Positions 28,190 to 41,214 of a stretch of 64,000 nucleotides of DNA are shown here, one piece after another. The position numbers and the translations under genes were made by a program. Under the pieces are notes generated by a model, which saw only the letters and a program-made list of their open reading frames with translations, ran no database searches and was not told the DNA's origin. Each line of letters opens with the position of its first letter. Positions within the stretch are counted from its first letter, which is position 1. Origin of the DNA: the human T2T-CHM13v2.0 reference genome, Homo sapiens; the NCBI RefSeq assembly GCF_009914755.1, contig NC_060938.1; one strand, written 5' to 3'.

Positions 28190-28406
28190 CAGCATTCTCA
28201 ACAGGGGGCATCTTTGCCCTCCAGGGGACATTTGACAATGTCAGGAGACATTTTTCGATGTTACAACTTGAGATGGGAGATGTTACTGGCATCTAGTGCG
28301 TACATTTTAGGGATGCAACTAAATATACTGCAACGCATAAGACTACCTCTACCACAATGAATTAACTGGCCCCAAATATCAAGAATGCCAAGGCTGAGAA
28401 ACTCTG
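28190..28406 (+). mobile_element. MER20 hAT-Charlie element
   Basis: cagcattctcaacaggggg...ggacatttgacaatgtc...tactggcatctagtg...gccaaggctgagaaactctg. Confidence 0.88.
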
Positions 28407-29006
28407 CTCTAAACTGAGAGCTGCCCAAGGTCAAATGGATTTAAAATCACCCAGATCCCAGATGGATACTGGGTAGGCTCTAGAGAATGTATGCTTTTTG
28501 TTAATACGGTTAAGTCTTCCCAGTGTCCTGTGCTGGCTCCACGGTAATAAACCAAAAGCTGAAGTATTAATATGGAGTTCATATCCCCTCTAGAAGAAAA
28601 TGACTAGAATTCCAAAGTACAATATATTATCTGACCTACTGCAGACTTCAGTGTGGAGAGCAGCTAGACTTATACATAGAAGAAGGTGATCATCACACTA
28701 AGATTTTGACCAACCAAGTGACCAGGGGTTTCTTGGCTCTTAAGCAGCACCAGTTCCCGTAAACAAGTAACATATCAAGCAGTGATGGCACAGACTTAAG
28801 GCTTACTTCCCAGACAAAATGTGGTAGGCACAAACTCTGGATTTTTATTCTCCATTTCCACAGAATTGAAAGTCTATTTAATATATCAAGGAAAATATTT
28901 TCTTTCACAAGTGCCCTTACACAAACACTGCAGAGGCTGCTTAAGAGGTTGTAGCCTTAAACATGGATACTACTTAAAGACTAAAAAAGTATATAAAGAA
29001 AATTAC

Positions 29007-29120
29007 TTTGAAACTTTTGGTTCTGTACTTGGTGTCATCTTGGTGATGCTGAAGAGAATTTCTGCGAACCCTGTATTTGGAATATCTTCCATCAGTTCTC
29101 TCAGATGAACTGCAGGAATC
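29007..29120 (-). CDS. CEP128: CEP128 coding exon, 114 nt (DSCSSSERTDGRYSKYRVRRNSLQHHQDDTKYRTKSFK), phase 0/0
   Basis: Minus strand: T13-ccag|GATTCCTGC...AGTTTCAAA|gtaatt; open frame continuous with flanking exons. Confidence 0.94.
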
Positions 29121-29285
29121 CTGGAAAAAAAAAAAAAGCAAAGGGTCTGAACTGGTAGATGAAAGAAAATCAGTGCTTGAAATTAGAGTAAGAAAGAGTC
29201 TATATGTAGATAAAAATGAAAATAAATAATTACAAAAATTTAGAGATATATAGGAGAATCACAGGCCACCATAGAGAAAGAAGAA

Positions 29286-29585
29286 GGCTACACACAGTGG
29301 CTCAAACCTGTAATCCCAGCACTTTAGGAGGCCAAGGTGGGAGGATAGCTCTAGTCCAGGAGTTCGAGACCAGCCTGGGCAACATGGTGAAACCTCACCT
29401 CTACAAAAAAATACAAAAACTAGTCAGATATGGTGGTGCATGGCTGTAGTCCCAGCTACTCAGGAGGCTGAGGTGGGAGAATGAGGATTGCTTGAGCCCA
29501 GGAGGCAGAGGTTGCAGTGAGATTGTGCTACTGCACTACAGCCTGGGTGAAAGAGCAAGGCTCTGTCTTAAAAAAAAAAAAAAAA
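29286..29585 (+). mobile_element. AluJ-like, full length (antisense to CEP128, 165 bp upstream of the 114-nt exon)
   Basis: J features (ggaggatagct, cagcctgggcaacatgg, ggattgcttgagcccagg); aaagaagaa on both flanks. Confidence 0.92.
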
Positions 29586-30172
29586 GAACAAGAAAAAGAA
29601 GAAAATTGTCACTGTGGATAAAACCATAAAAATACAATGCATCCTACAGTGGTTACCTGAATTCTTTTAACAACTAGTCCCTATGCCCATCTACAGTGAC
29701 TGACACCCTTTAGAACAAGGTTCAAGTAGCAATGAACTGTCCAAAGATGTCATTAATGACACATGCCACATTTGGATGCTGTGTACTATCACTTGCATTG
29801 GTACTTAGCATCAATATATTCTTGTTTTAAAAAATTGCTACCTGTAAAACTAGAGCCCTTTTACTTCACTTATCCATAAACAACATCCCACCTTTTAACT
29901 ATTATGTCGCATAGATTTTTAAACTGGAGGATAGCTCCTTTGCTTTTAAAAACATAAAAAGATTCAGGTAATAAAAAAAATTAAGAAAACAAAAATTTCC
30001 AGGCCTGCCTTTTTTCTTTTTTTTCCTCTTCATTTCTTGGGGGAAGAAGGAACACAGCAAACAGTCACTATAGACAATTATTTAGACATTTCTATTATTA
30101 TTTAGGGAGAAATTAGAAAAACAATGAGGACAACTGATTTTGGTATGTAAAAAAAAACACGTACGGATTTAG

Positions 30173-30742
<570 letters not shown>

Positions 30743-31159
30743 TAAATATGACCGCATTTAAACAAGAATAAAGTCAGGCCTATCTAAATAAGATGAGGTC
30801 CGTACTCACACTTAAAAGTCATAGGCTATGGTACTATCAAGAAATACGTATATAGGAACCCAGAGATAATACTGTTCAGGTGCCTCATCAGATGAATGCG
30901 GACATATCTCCTGAGGCATTAGGTGATTTTTGTCTGGTGCATGACTTTGGACCAGAACTTAGGTCTTTGTATTCTTGTTCACGCCACACTGATTTTTAGA
31001 AAGTTGAAAGGGTTTGAATAAATATAATCCACATCTAATAATCTCAAGGCTTTATGTATTTTCATTTAAGGCTATATCTAGTCATTTTTATTAACTTGAT
31101 TAAAATCAGCTCTTTTTAATCACATAGAGGGCTTTAGAGTACATGTAGAACGGATTTTA

Positions 31160-31390
31160 AGCTAAAAGCAGCAGGGCGAAGCAGATGGGCTCTGCTGTTT
31201 TACACAGAATTAGATCCCACCTCCAGCTAGTTTATGGGCTCCAAGCTTCAGTGTCCTCATCTATAAAATGGGTGAAAATAACACCCATCTATAGAGTATC
31301 TCTGAAGATTAGGAAACATGTACCATAAAGTACTTAGCACCTGCTAAGTATCATGCACTGTGTGCATAACACTTGCTAATTAACTCTTTC
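31160..31390 (+). mobile_element. MIR
   Basis: gcttcagtgtcctcatctataaaatggg core. Confidence 0.7.
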
Positions 31391-32947
31391 CCTTTTCAAG
31401 CTAAACGTTTCAATTTCAGTATATTGGGAAGTACAATGCTGAACTCTGAAAAAGACTCTCCCAAAAAATTTTACTATTTAGGCATCTTCGTATGTGAGTC
31501 TGTATGTATATGAGCTAGACTTGTAGATGATCACTAGCTCATAGGATTAAAAATAATAATAATGAGCCTTTTGGTAATAGTAGAGAATACAACTTTTAAA
31601 TTGTACTTATGAACATTCTGTTCATTGTAGACAACTGGGGAAAAAGTGATCTGTCACTGGAGGTTAAAATGTATATTTTTATGCTGGTATAAGACAGGTA
31701 TCTATTTCTCAGTGACAAGTGCAACCTGTTTCCCATATTTTCTCTTGTCTGCCCTTCATTTACTTGGATAATTTAGTTACAGAGAAAAAAATGAAAATAA
31801 TATGGGCATAACATATTGCCTCCTATCACACTGGGTTGTTTAAGAGTAAACAGAAATTGCACTGTTTTGGATACTGGTTTCATAATTCTTTGATAGATAT
31901 TTAAACTGCAAATATATAATCAAATCAAACACTTGGTTTTGTTCAATTTGGGATAGTCTAGCTTTCTAGATTCGTCAGCTAAACTGGATCTCACTCAAAA
32001 ATGTTAGTTACTGAACTACCAAAAGATGCTTAATGCAAGGTAATTTTAAGACAGTGTAGACCTTGGGAACCACATTATATCAATGCTTCCAATAAATCAA
32101 TATGGCATGATCTGGCCATTTTCCTATCCACTGTATCTTCAAATAATATGTCAGATCTAAACAGAACCTAAATATAACATAAGTTATATTTTAAGGCCAA
32201 TGTGAAATATGATTACATGGTTGCCAAAAAGAAATCCTTCCCATTGTTAGCTTCAGCTATACAAGGTCAATAAATTATAAATCATTAAAATTTTACATTG
32301 CATCTGCAGCCCTAAGGCTATATACGACGTTCTTGGGACCAGACCTTGTCTGGCAGGACTGGCAGCAGAGATATTTGTTTTGCATATCTCCTCTATGAGG
32401 AATTTAAAAAACTACACAATGTAAATTAACACATGTAACTAATTGGCTTGATAATGAAATGCTTTGTGGTTAGAGGTCTATCAATAAATGGCCATGAAAT
32501 ATGAAATGTGAAATTTACGTGGATTTGAGTTCATATGTCATAGTGTAAAGATAACTTGGGAACTACCATATCTCTAAAACAAACAGTACCCAAATAATTC
32601 ACAAATTAAAATTGCTAACCAAAAAAGTTATCTATTGTCAGTGTAATGTGTAACTCCCTTTAATTCTTAGGCTTTTCTAAATTATCATTAAAGTTTTAGG
32701 GGCCCAACTGAGCTTCTAGTAGTACAGTGAAAGTCTATATCTTCCTATCTTGTGCTAATACATAAGTTGCATTGTTTTCAATTCTAACTTCACAAATGTC
32801 AATAAACCCTGATAAGGTGGTATGTTAAAAGTTCCCAATGTTTTTTGGTCCTTCTTCCTTTTCTATACTTTTCTTTGCACATCAGGAAGATGTCAAGTGT
32901 TCTCACTCAGATAAAATACTGAAAGAGACAAGCCAACTCTTTCTCAC

Positions 32948-33025
32948 TCTGAAGTCTTTGAAATCTTCTAGTAGGCTCAGTTTCTCAGGCACAGACTCCA
33001 GATGGTCCAAGGCCACTTGGGTACT
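32948..33025 (-). CDS. CEP128: CEP128 coding exon, 78 nt (STQVALDHLESVPEKLSLLEDFKDFR), phase 0/0
   Basis: Minus strand: tgttttctatttcag|AGTACCCAAG...GACTTCAGA|gtgaga; no stop codons. Confidence 0.94.
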
Positions 33026-33924
33026 CTGAAATAGAAAACATAAGGAAACCAAACATTATAAAAAATTGATTAATACTCTCAGAATCCACATACTAAAAAT
33101 CAGATGCACCACTGTAAGAAGCAGTTCAAACTGTAGATTTAGACAGTCAAATAAGAACATATATAATAGTATTTTCAAGATAAATGTATCTTTTGAAAAT
33201 AGAAGAATTATTTCCTTTTAAAAAGTATATGAGATGCATTTGCAAGACTGACTCAGATACAAAAATTCTTCCTGGATAATTGCTTTCAACTGATATGCTA
33301 TGAAACTTTCTATAGACTATTTCATACTAATATTAATTTACAAACCTGCTTCAGTGAACATCAGAAATAGACTATGAGGTAATACTGAGAAACAGATGAA
33401 TCTGCAGTTACTTATCTATGGAGTATATTAGAGATTCTTAAATGTTGCCATTATAAAGAAGAAAAGAGTTCTCAGCAATTATTTCAGTTAAAAGGGAAAG
33501 AGGAGTGGTTCTCAAGATTTGGGAGAAATATCTGAAATTAAACATTTGCTTCAGGGACACAAGGTCCTGTTGATCATAAGTCAATAACTTATTACACAGT
33601 CTTTAATTAGCTGATCACTGTTACACCCACCTGTGAACATTAAGTGAGAATGATCTGAAAATTATTTCAAAGCAAACATAAAATAAAAAGTTAAATGGTA
33701 AAATAATCTTGAGACTAGAGACTGCATATATATTATAGGCATCTCTGTATCCTCAGCTCTGTCACAATGCCAGACATATTAGGTGGGTAACAGGTGCTAG
33801 CTCTTAAATTTAAAATGGATTTTAATTGTTCAATGAAATAAACAATAAACCCTATGGCTGACGCATGGGAAGAAAGTGAAGTGTACTGCAAGAACCTAGA
33901 CATAAATTTGCACAAAGTTGCAGG

Positions 33925-34240
33925 GAAGTTAGTGGCCCCTCAATATTCCATGTGCTTCCCTACTTCTCCCCTGTGAAAGGTTCTGAACAATGGACTCTGA
34001 GAGTGTCACTTCTGGAATGAGACAGTTGAACCTGAGCGTTCCCCCTTCTATCCCAGCCCCTACCATGAGGACCCTGATGGCCACATGCTCCAGAAGGCAT
34101 AACTACAAGATTAAGATGACAGCTGCCCACCATATTGGATTTCACGTGAGTCACACAATAACCTCTACTGTGTTAAGCCATAAGATTTCAGAGTTAGTTA
34201 TCAATGCATCATATAGCATTAATTATCATATATAATACCT
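33925..34240 (+). mobile_element. Old MaLR LTR (MLT1I/J-like)
   Basis: tgtcacttctgg...aataacctctactgtgttaagccataagattt 3' motif. Confidence 0.55.
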
Positions 34241-34327
34241 ACCCTGAGAATTAAATAATGAAATTGTAAGCTAAATAAGTAGTCAACTGGCTCATTTTGT
34301 GGAATGGGGAATCTCTCAATTATGAGT

Positions 34328-34505
34328 ATATATATATATATATTTTTTCTGAGACAGGGTCTCGCTCTGTTGTCCAGGCTAGAGTGCAAAGGCACATTCA
34401 CAGCTCACTGCAGTCTCAACCTCCTGGGCTCAAGGGATCCTCTGACCTCAGCCTCTGAGGACCTGGGACTACAGGCACACACTACCACACCCAGCTATAT
34501 AATTT
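34328..34505 (-). mobile_element. AluJ right arm/FRAM with (TA)n tail
   Basis: gagacagggtctcgctctg...ctcctgggctcaagggatcc...cccagctat. Confidence 0.85.
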
Positions 34506-36682
34506 TTTCTCGGGAGGAGTTCATTATTTTCTCAGTTAACTTTCCTATTTGAAATCTCCCATCTCCCTGAACAGAGAGATGCTGTTCTCTGCCTGGCATA
34601 TCCAATCCAGAGCCTCACTGATGCAGTTTCCCCCACAGCATATACTTTATGTCTTTCACGGGGTTCAGGGTAGAGGCACATATGGAGACAGAGGGCTGAG
34701 GGTCTAACCCTTCCTTACAGACACTTTCAATGTACCCATCCACCCCTCCTTCCACAGTAACTGTGCTAATTACTCCAATGCAAATGGCTTTCCAGAATTC
34801 TGCAGGGTGAATGATATTTGATTGCTTTCCATTGCTATCCCCTTGGCAGATCCTTGAGTTTCACCTTTTCTGTTCTGAGTCATTTTACTACTTTTCAATG
34901 TTCTGTGACATGGAGTTACAGATGTCTTCTAGTTTTGACACGTGTAAATCAGTTTTTCTATTTCTTCATATCCTTATTTTTGTAATGAGATTTTTGAGAA
35001 GGGCAGAAATACCTTTACTCTGCCATTCTGAAAGGGAAGTCTACATGCTGTTTCTTCAAGTTCATAAAGTTCTCTTTTTCAAGTTCCATTGAAAGGATTT
35101 AGTAGTTTGTTCCTTCTGCTTAACATTTATATTATTGTTAGTCTTTAGGCCACATATACTCACTTACACTGCCATGCATTTTAAATGACTTCATCTAATT
35201 TTTTCATGTGTAGGAAAGATTCATCAAAATGATGTGTTTCTTACTATAAGCCACAACATGTAGGCTTAGGAGCTTGCAGTTTTAGCCACCGTATATGCCA
35301 TATTCATTTAAATAATAAAATTATAGGTTTTCTTAGGAATTCATTGACTCTTGAACAATAAAATACAAAGCAATGCCCTGATGATTTTAAATCAAAATTT
35401 TATGCATTGCATAAAATCCTCTTCATAAACACACGCCAATAATATCTGTAGTATTAAAACTTTATTTCCTTTTTTTGTTCCATAATTTTTCTCATTTTGA
35501 AGTGATCCTCTGAACCAAGGTTAAGTAAGTATGTAAAACTCATTTTGTGCTCAAAATAAGTAAATGATCTCTTACCCTACTGTAAAACGCAGCATGTTAA
35601 GTAAATAGTTTTGCTTAAAATTTTCAATCAACCAGGTGACTACATGAAACCATTCTTTTCCTTGCATGTGTTTACATACTATTTTTGACAATTATATGAT
35701 GGTTTTGGATGTATATTCAAATGGCTATGTTTTTGTGAGTGAATTTTGAAAAACTCCTTGACTCCTTCTTTTCTCAGTGCAGTTATTTTTATTCTCCCCT
35801 CCCTTGCCATCCCCCACTGCCCCCATCTCCCTTAACCAATCTTTATACTTCCTCACTATTTATTTCACTTGTGGCTTATTTTATATTCCATTTATGCATT
35901 GCTTATAAATATCTTCCTCAATATCAGAAACACTTTCTGGTACACATACCTTTCTTTTCATCCTTATATTCTAGTCAATTAACAACAAATATGTATCTCG
36001 GATATCATAGAAAGATCCACAAACATAGATGGCATACGTCCTGTTCTTCAGGAGCATTTAGCTCACCCAGGGGAACAAAAGATGTAATAATTATACAAAG
36101 AAAAAAGTTATTTGTACTTACTTTAAGGGAATTGCATGCACAAATGCTGAACTAACTAGGGCATTTGCAACAACAAGATGTGAAGTAATGAAGACAATGA
36201 GTCCAATCTTACAGGCGTCTCAGGTCTCATAATTTCATGATTAAGTGATATTTTTTGGGAGAAAAATGTATTTTCTGGCTCTTCTCTCTCTCTCTGCATG
36301 TATGTGAGTGTACTTAAAACTGCCACTTTGGCATACAAACTCAAGAACATGAATAACATTGCAACTTTTTTTTTTTTAATTTAAGATTGGCTGGGATTCT
36401 GTGATTAGAATCTTGTCACATTACTTAAGATTTCAAAATTATTTTCACCCCAAAGCTCACAGCCAGAGAGACAAGATCCATTAGCAGATGAATAGTTTAA
36501 AATAAGAAACTTGCTGTATTTCAGAGATGTCATGAGGACCTATGTCATGTTAATTCCCAGGGCAAAATACTTTGTGCAGAGTCAGGGAAATATTTTGTTT
36601 TCTAAGTTGGTTAATTTTTTTCTGCCTTACATTATCTCATGCCTTAAAGGGCATGGACAAGTCCCCACTGTTAAGGGAGCAG

Positions 36683-37001
<319 letters not shown>

Positions 37002-37299
37002 TCAATAATGTCACCAGCATATGACACGTGCTTAATTTGTCTTTAGTTGTTTTCGAGAATAAATAAATCAGATGCTTACAAAGGGGTTTAAAATTAGAAA
37101 ACAAAGAAAAGTTCACAATTAAGATTCCACTTCATAAAGGGCCAGTACATTGTGTATATTTGGTTTATCTCAGAGGCTAGAAGAGCTGGACTTCCAGGGA
37201 CCTAGAAGTAGGGTCAAAGCAGATGATCAGTTAATCTTAATCCTGTTTAGTAGCAAAATGAAAGACTGAACCATGAACACATAATTCAAATTTGAATAC

Positions 37300-37460
37300 A
37301 CTTCCTAATCCCTCACACCACCATAAGAGATAGGTACGTATTATTGTTATCATCATTATACAGATAAGGCAATTGAGGACCGGAGAGTGTAAATAACTTC
37401 CTTGCAGTCAGATGGTGGCAAAGCTGGGATGCAAATCCAAGCAGTCTGAATGCAGAAATG
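37300..37460 (-). mobile_element. MIR
   Basis: cattatacagataaggcaattgaggac...gctgggatgcaaatccaagcagtctga. Confidence 0.7.
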
Positions 37461-37718
37461 GCAAGGTTCTTATTAGGAAAATATTTTCATGGCAAATTGC
37501 CAGCTAAAACGGAGTACATTGCAACTAGAAGCTAAATAGTGAGTGCTTTATGTAAATTCCTAACTTCCCTCTAGCTATCAACTCTTAGCAGCTAGACTTT
37601 GAAGATGTGTCCTTGATAGGCTTATTTCTGGAAGAAAAGTTTTAAGATGAAACCATAAAGAATGTAATCTCACTGGTGCTAAAGAGTCTGTACTCAGGAC
37701 CACGTGTCTAAACACACT

Positions 37719-37772
37719 TGTGTGCACACACGCGCACGCATACATGCACACACTCACACACACACACACACA
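37719..37772. repeat. Compound (CA)n microsatellite
   Basis: tgtgtgcacacacgcgcacgcatacatgcacacactcacacacacacacaca. Confidence 0.85.
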
Positions 37773-40004
37773 TGGGGTCTGGATAGTGTTTCTGTTGATT
37801 ATAGGATGTTAAATGTCAGAGGAGTTTTATGATACTAACACTGCCTTTTCTTTTTTTCATAACATTTAACACTAGTGAAGCATACTACCTGGCCACTAAG
37901 AGGTGTTTCAAATAAATGTTGGCTGAATGCAGACAAAGGTAGACTTACCATGTTCTAATAAACCCACTGAATCTTGACCTCTTTATTAAAACCCCAGAAG
38001 CACAAGTTTGATGTTTTATGTATTTCCTCTAGACTAAGGGCAAGATCAAGTGGTAGAGGCAATAGTGAAATTCAGAAATCTTGTCTAATAGGCCCTGTGG
38101 CTTTTGCACCTACAGATGTGTTTGGCTATCTGTTGACAAGGGCAAAGAGTAAGCTGTCAGTTTTGCCATTCTGAAATCTGCAACAACACCAAACTCCTAT
38201 GAAGTTCAGCTGTCTGTACTGTTCCACAGTACATTTTTCCTTAGTAGTTCCTTTATTTCTGACTGCAGGGAAACCAAATAATATAGTATGACAACATAAG
38301 TAGCAGCAATTAGGAATTAAAAGGGGGGAATGCATTGCAATTCTTAGATTCCTGTCTCCTGTAGAGAAAACTTAAGGAACAGATTTAACCATAAATATAT
38401 TTTAGTATTTATACTGCTCTTTGAAAAAAAATGCACATTTATTTTCTTATTAACATGTAACAACTACCATTTTCTTATAGTGTTATTGAAATCATATGTG
38501 TTTTGAGGTTTAGATGATGAATAAATTAAAGGAGATGATATCTACATTTTTATTTTAAAAATAAATGTGTGAGTTTTTGGCACTGCACACATGTTAAATA
38601 AATAAGGCTATGAAGCAGTTTATTTGGGTTCAAAAATGCAATTCTATTTCATTTGGAAACAGATCCACTGCAAAACTTTCCTGACAAATGGCTGAAAGGT
38701 GGTAAAAGGACCTGAGTAAACACGTTTCTGGGAGAGGAAGGGTGAGATCATGAAATGGATAGACTGTATGCCTTTTCACTTGTGGTAACTCGATCCAGCA
38801 CAGCTGTATTGGCTTCATAGGGCCCTGTTTTCCAAACTGTATAAGACACTCACTGGAACCACACCAAACAGTAGCAGAGAATAGGCCACCGAAGTCACGG
38901 TGTTGATGCACATTCTTTATGAGCCCCAGTGTTCAAAGTTGTGTGTATTTCTTGGGATATCAGAGGAGTCCTCTATTTCTAGACTGTATTTTATGAGCGG
39001 TCTAAAAAATCAGATGCCCACTTAGAAGTGTTTACATGTGTATTGGGGTAAGAGGGTACATAAGGCTTGTTAAGTAAAAATGCTTGTTAAGTTAACATGG
39101 CACTATGACATCAGTGTCTACATTTGGGCTAACATCTAAAAGAGTTTTTGTCAACAACAAATTCTATTTGTCTTCATATAACACTATTGTAGTCAAAAGT
39201 GGTAGATCTCCTTTAAAAAGCAATGATAAAATTTGAGAACAGGTAACATATCTTCACTGAAAACTGAGATACAGAAGGCTTTCTAGGTATTTTCCAACTC
39301 CTATTCACAGTATTTTTTTTTAAGAGAGGAACTATATGAAATACAGAATCTGCCATTTCAAATTACTGCTTTCTTATTTCTACATGTAAGTGAATTATGT
39401 TACAGTCAACCCATTATCTTACTATTAGCTTAAAAAGATGTAGTATTTTCTCCAAATGAGTGATTTGGGTTTTCTTTTTTTCCTTTCAATACGAAAACAC
39501 CAAGAATGATTTGATGGAGAAGGGAAGACAGAGGAAATAAAAGAATCATCTCTTTCCCAGAGGATTCTTGAAATTGTCTTCTTTCATATCATTCTTGCCA
39601 CTCCCTGATATAAAGAAAAAATAACACACAAAGACAAATGAGGACTAGTTTAATGTTCTCTGTGTGCTGAACAATAAACTAGGCACTTACAACTGTTTTA
39701 CAAGAAGGAGGGTCTTGAGATCTACAATCTACTTAATTGTAATCACTTCATTTCTTAAAACTGAACATAAAATGTACTCACAAGGGAAAGAAATTTCAGA
39801 GCGTTTGCAAAAAAACAATTCTTTTTAAGTGATTGCATGTTAAAATATGAACAAACAGTATAAGCCAAGGTTTCCTAGAAGATACTGTGTTTAGCAATTT
39901 TTGCTATGGTGACAGGTAAAGAAACTATGCTTCTAGATACACAGGTCCCAAACACGTGTAACCAGCTGAATGATGAACAGAGGCGGAATATATGCTGCAT
40001 TGGA

Positions 40005-40150
40005 AATCAGCATCCCTAATTTGTGGATATTCATAGTTCCAGTAATGTTACTTACTTGTGTTTTGTGATTTTGGGAATATGACTTTGCCCTGCCCTTCTA
40101 AGCTTCCGTATCTTATTTGCAAAATGGGGATCAATATTAATGGTCTTTAT
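40005..40150 (+). mobile_element. MIR fragment
   Basis: tgtgattttgggaat...cttccgtatcttatttgcaaaatgggga core. Confidence 0.55.
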
Positions 40151-40172
40151 TATTCTACGCCCACAGAACAAT

Positions 40173-40252
40173 ACATTCACATTCACTCTCTTACTTGTGA
40201 CTATCAAGTACTTACTTGTGATAGGCACAAGTAGGACAGTGAATGTGAATGT
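40173..40252. repeat. 80-nt inverted repeat (34-bp stem, 12-nt loop)
   Basis: 40173-40206 pairs with 40219-40252: 31 of 34 Watson-Crick, checked base by base. Confidence 0.95.
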
Positions 40253-40924
40253 GAACTGAAAAGTGTCAAGTACTTTTCAAACAGCAGATTTTTTTTTTTA
40301 AAGCTGAATCTCTGAGGTACCATCAACTCTAGTAACTTCTAAAACGTGAAGAGGTCAGTGACCATCTAAAATTAGAGTTAATAAAAACTAGTCAACAGAG
40401 CACAAAGCAGAAAAAAGCCAAACTTAATTAAAACTATATCTAACATTTAGAAATGCATTTACTATTCTACAAACATCATCTAAGATGTTAAAGTAATAGA
40501 AGTGTAATAGCACAAAAATTACTTTTGTACATATTGTGCCTTCCATGGAGAATGTTCCTTCCAATTTCCTTATCCAGTTAACACTTTTCCCCACAATGCT
40601 ATAAGCATCTTCAAGCATACAGGAAATGTGAAAGAAATTTACAGAGCTCACCCGTATACCCACCACCTAGATTCAACTATTAACATTATGTTTTATATTT
40701 GCTTTATCATATATCAATCCATCTATCCATCACTCTGTCTATCCTTCGATCCAACTTATTTTTGGGGTGCATTTCGAAGTACATTGCATACATTAATACA
40801 CGTTCCCTCACCTAATTCAGCACGCATATCATCAACTCCACTTCATTATTTTTTTAAATGTAGAATTTGCATGTAATGAAAAGCACAAATCCTAAGTGAA
40901 CTGGTTAACTTTTACTTTCTTTCG

Positions 40925-41190
40925 TATGTCAGCTTAGTCATCACTTCCTCAGGGAAGGCTCCCCGGCTTTCTCTGATACTGTGAAACAATCTCTCCATTG
41001 CCTCATGAGCCTCACATTGGCAACACTTACTGGAGCACTAATATAATATTAATTTGTGTGACCTATTAATGCTTGCATTAGCAGTGGGCAATAAGCATCA
41101 TGAGAGTAGGGAATATATGTCCCCAGCATTCCACCAAAGTGCCTGACCCAGGAGAGCTATTCAGCAAATACTACGTAAACAAATGAATGA
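40925..41190 (+). mobile_element. LINE-2 3' fragment
   Basis: atcacttcctcagggaagg...ccccagcattccaccaaagtgcctgac...aaatgaatgaat. Confidence 0.7.
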
Positions 41191-41214
41191 ATACTATTTG
41201 ATGAAGGAAAGCTT

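Noticed and set aside
31331-31350. 9-bp perfect inverted repeat tacttagca-cc-tgctaagta
   Set aside because: Short, inside a MIR and with only a 2-nt loop; at most a small template-switch scar.
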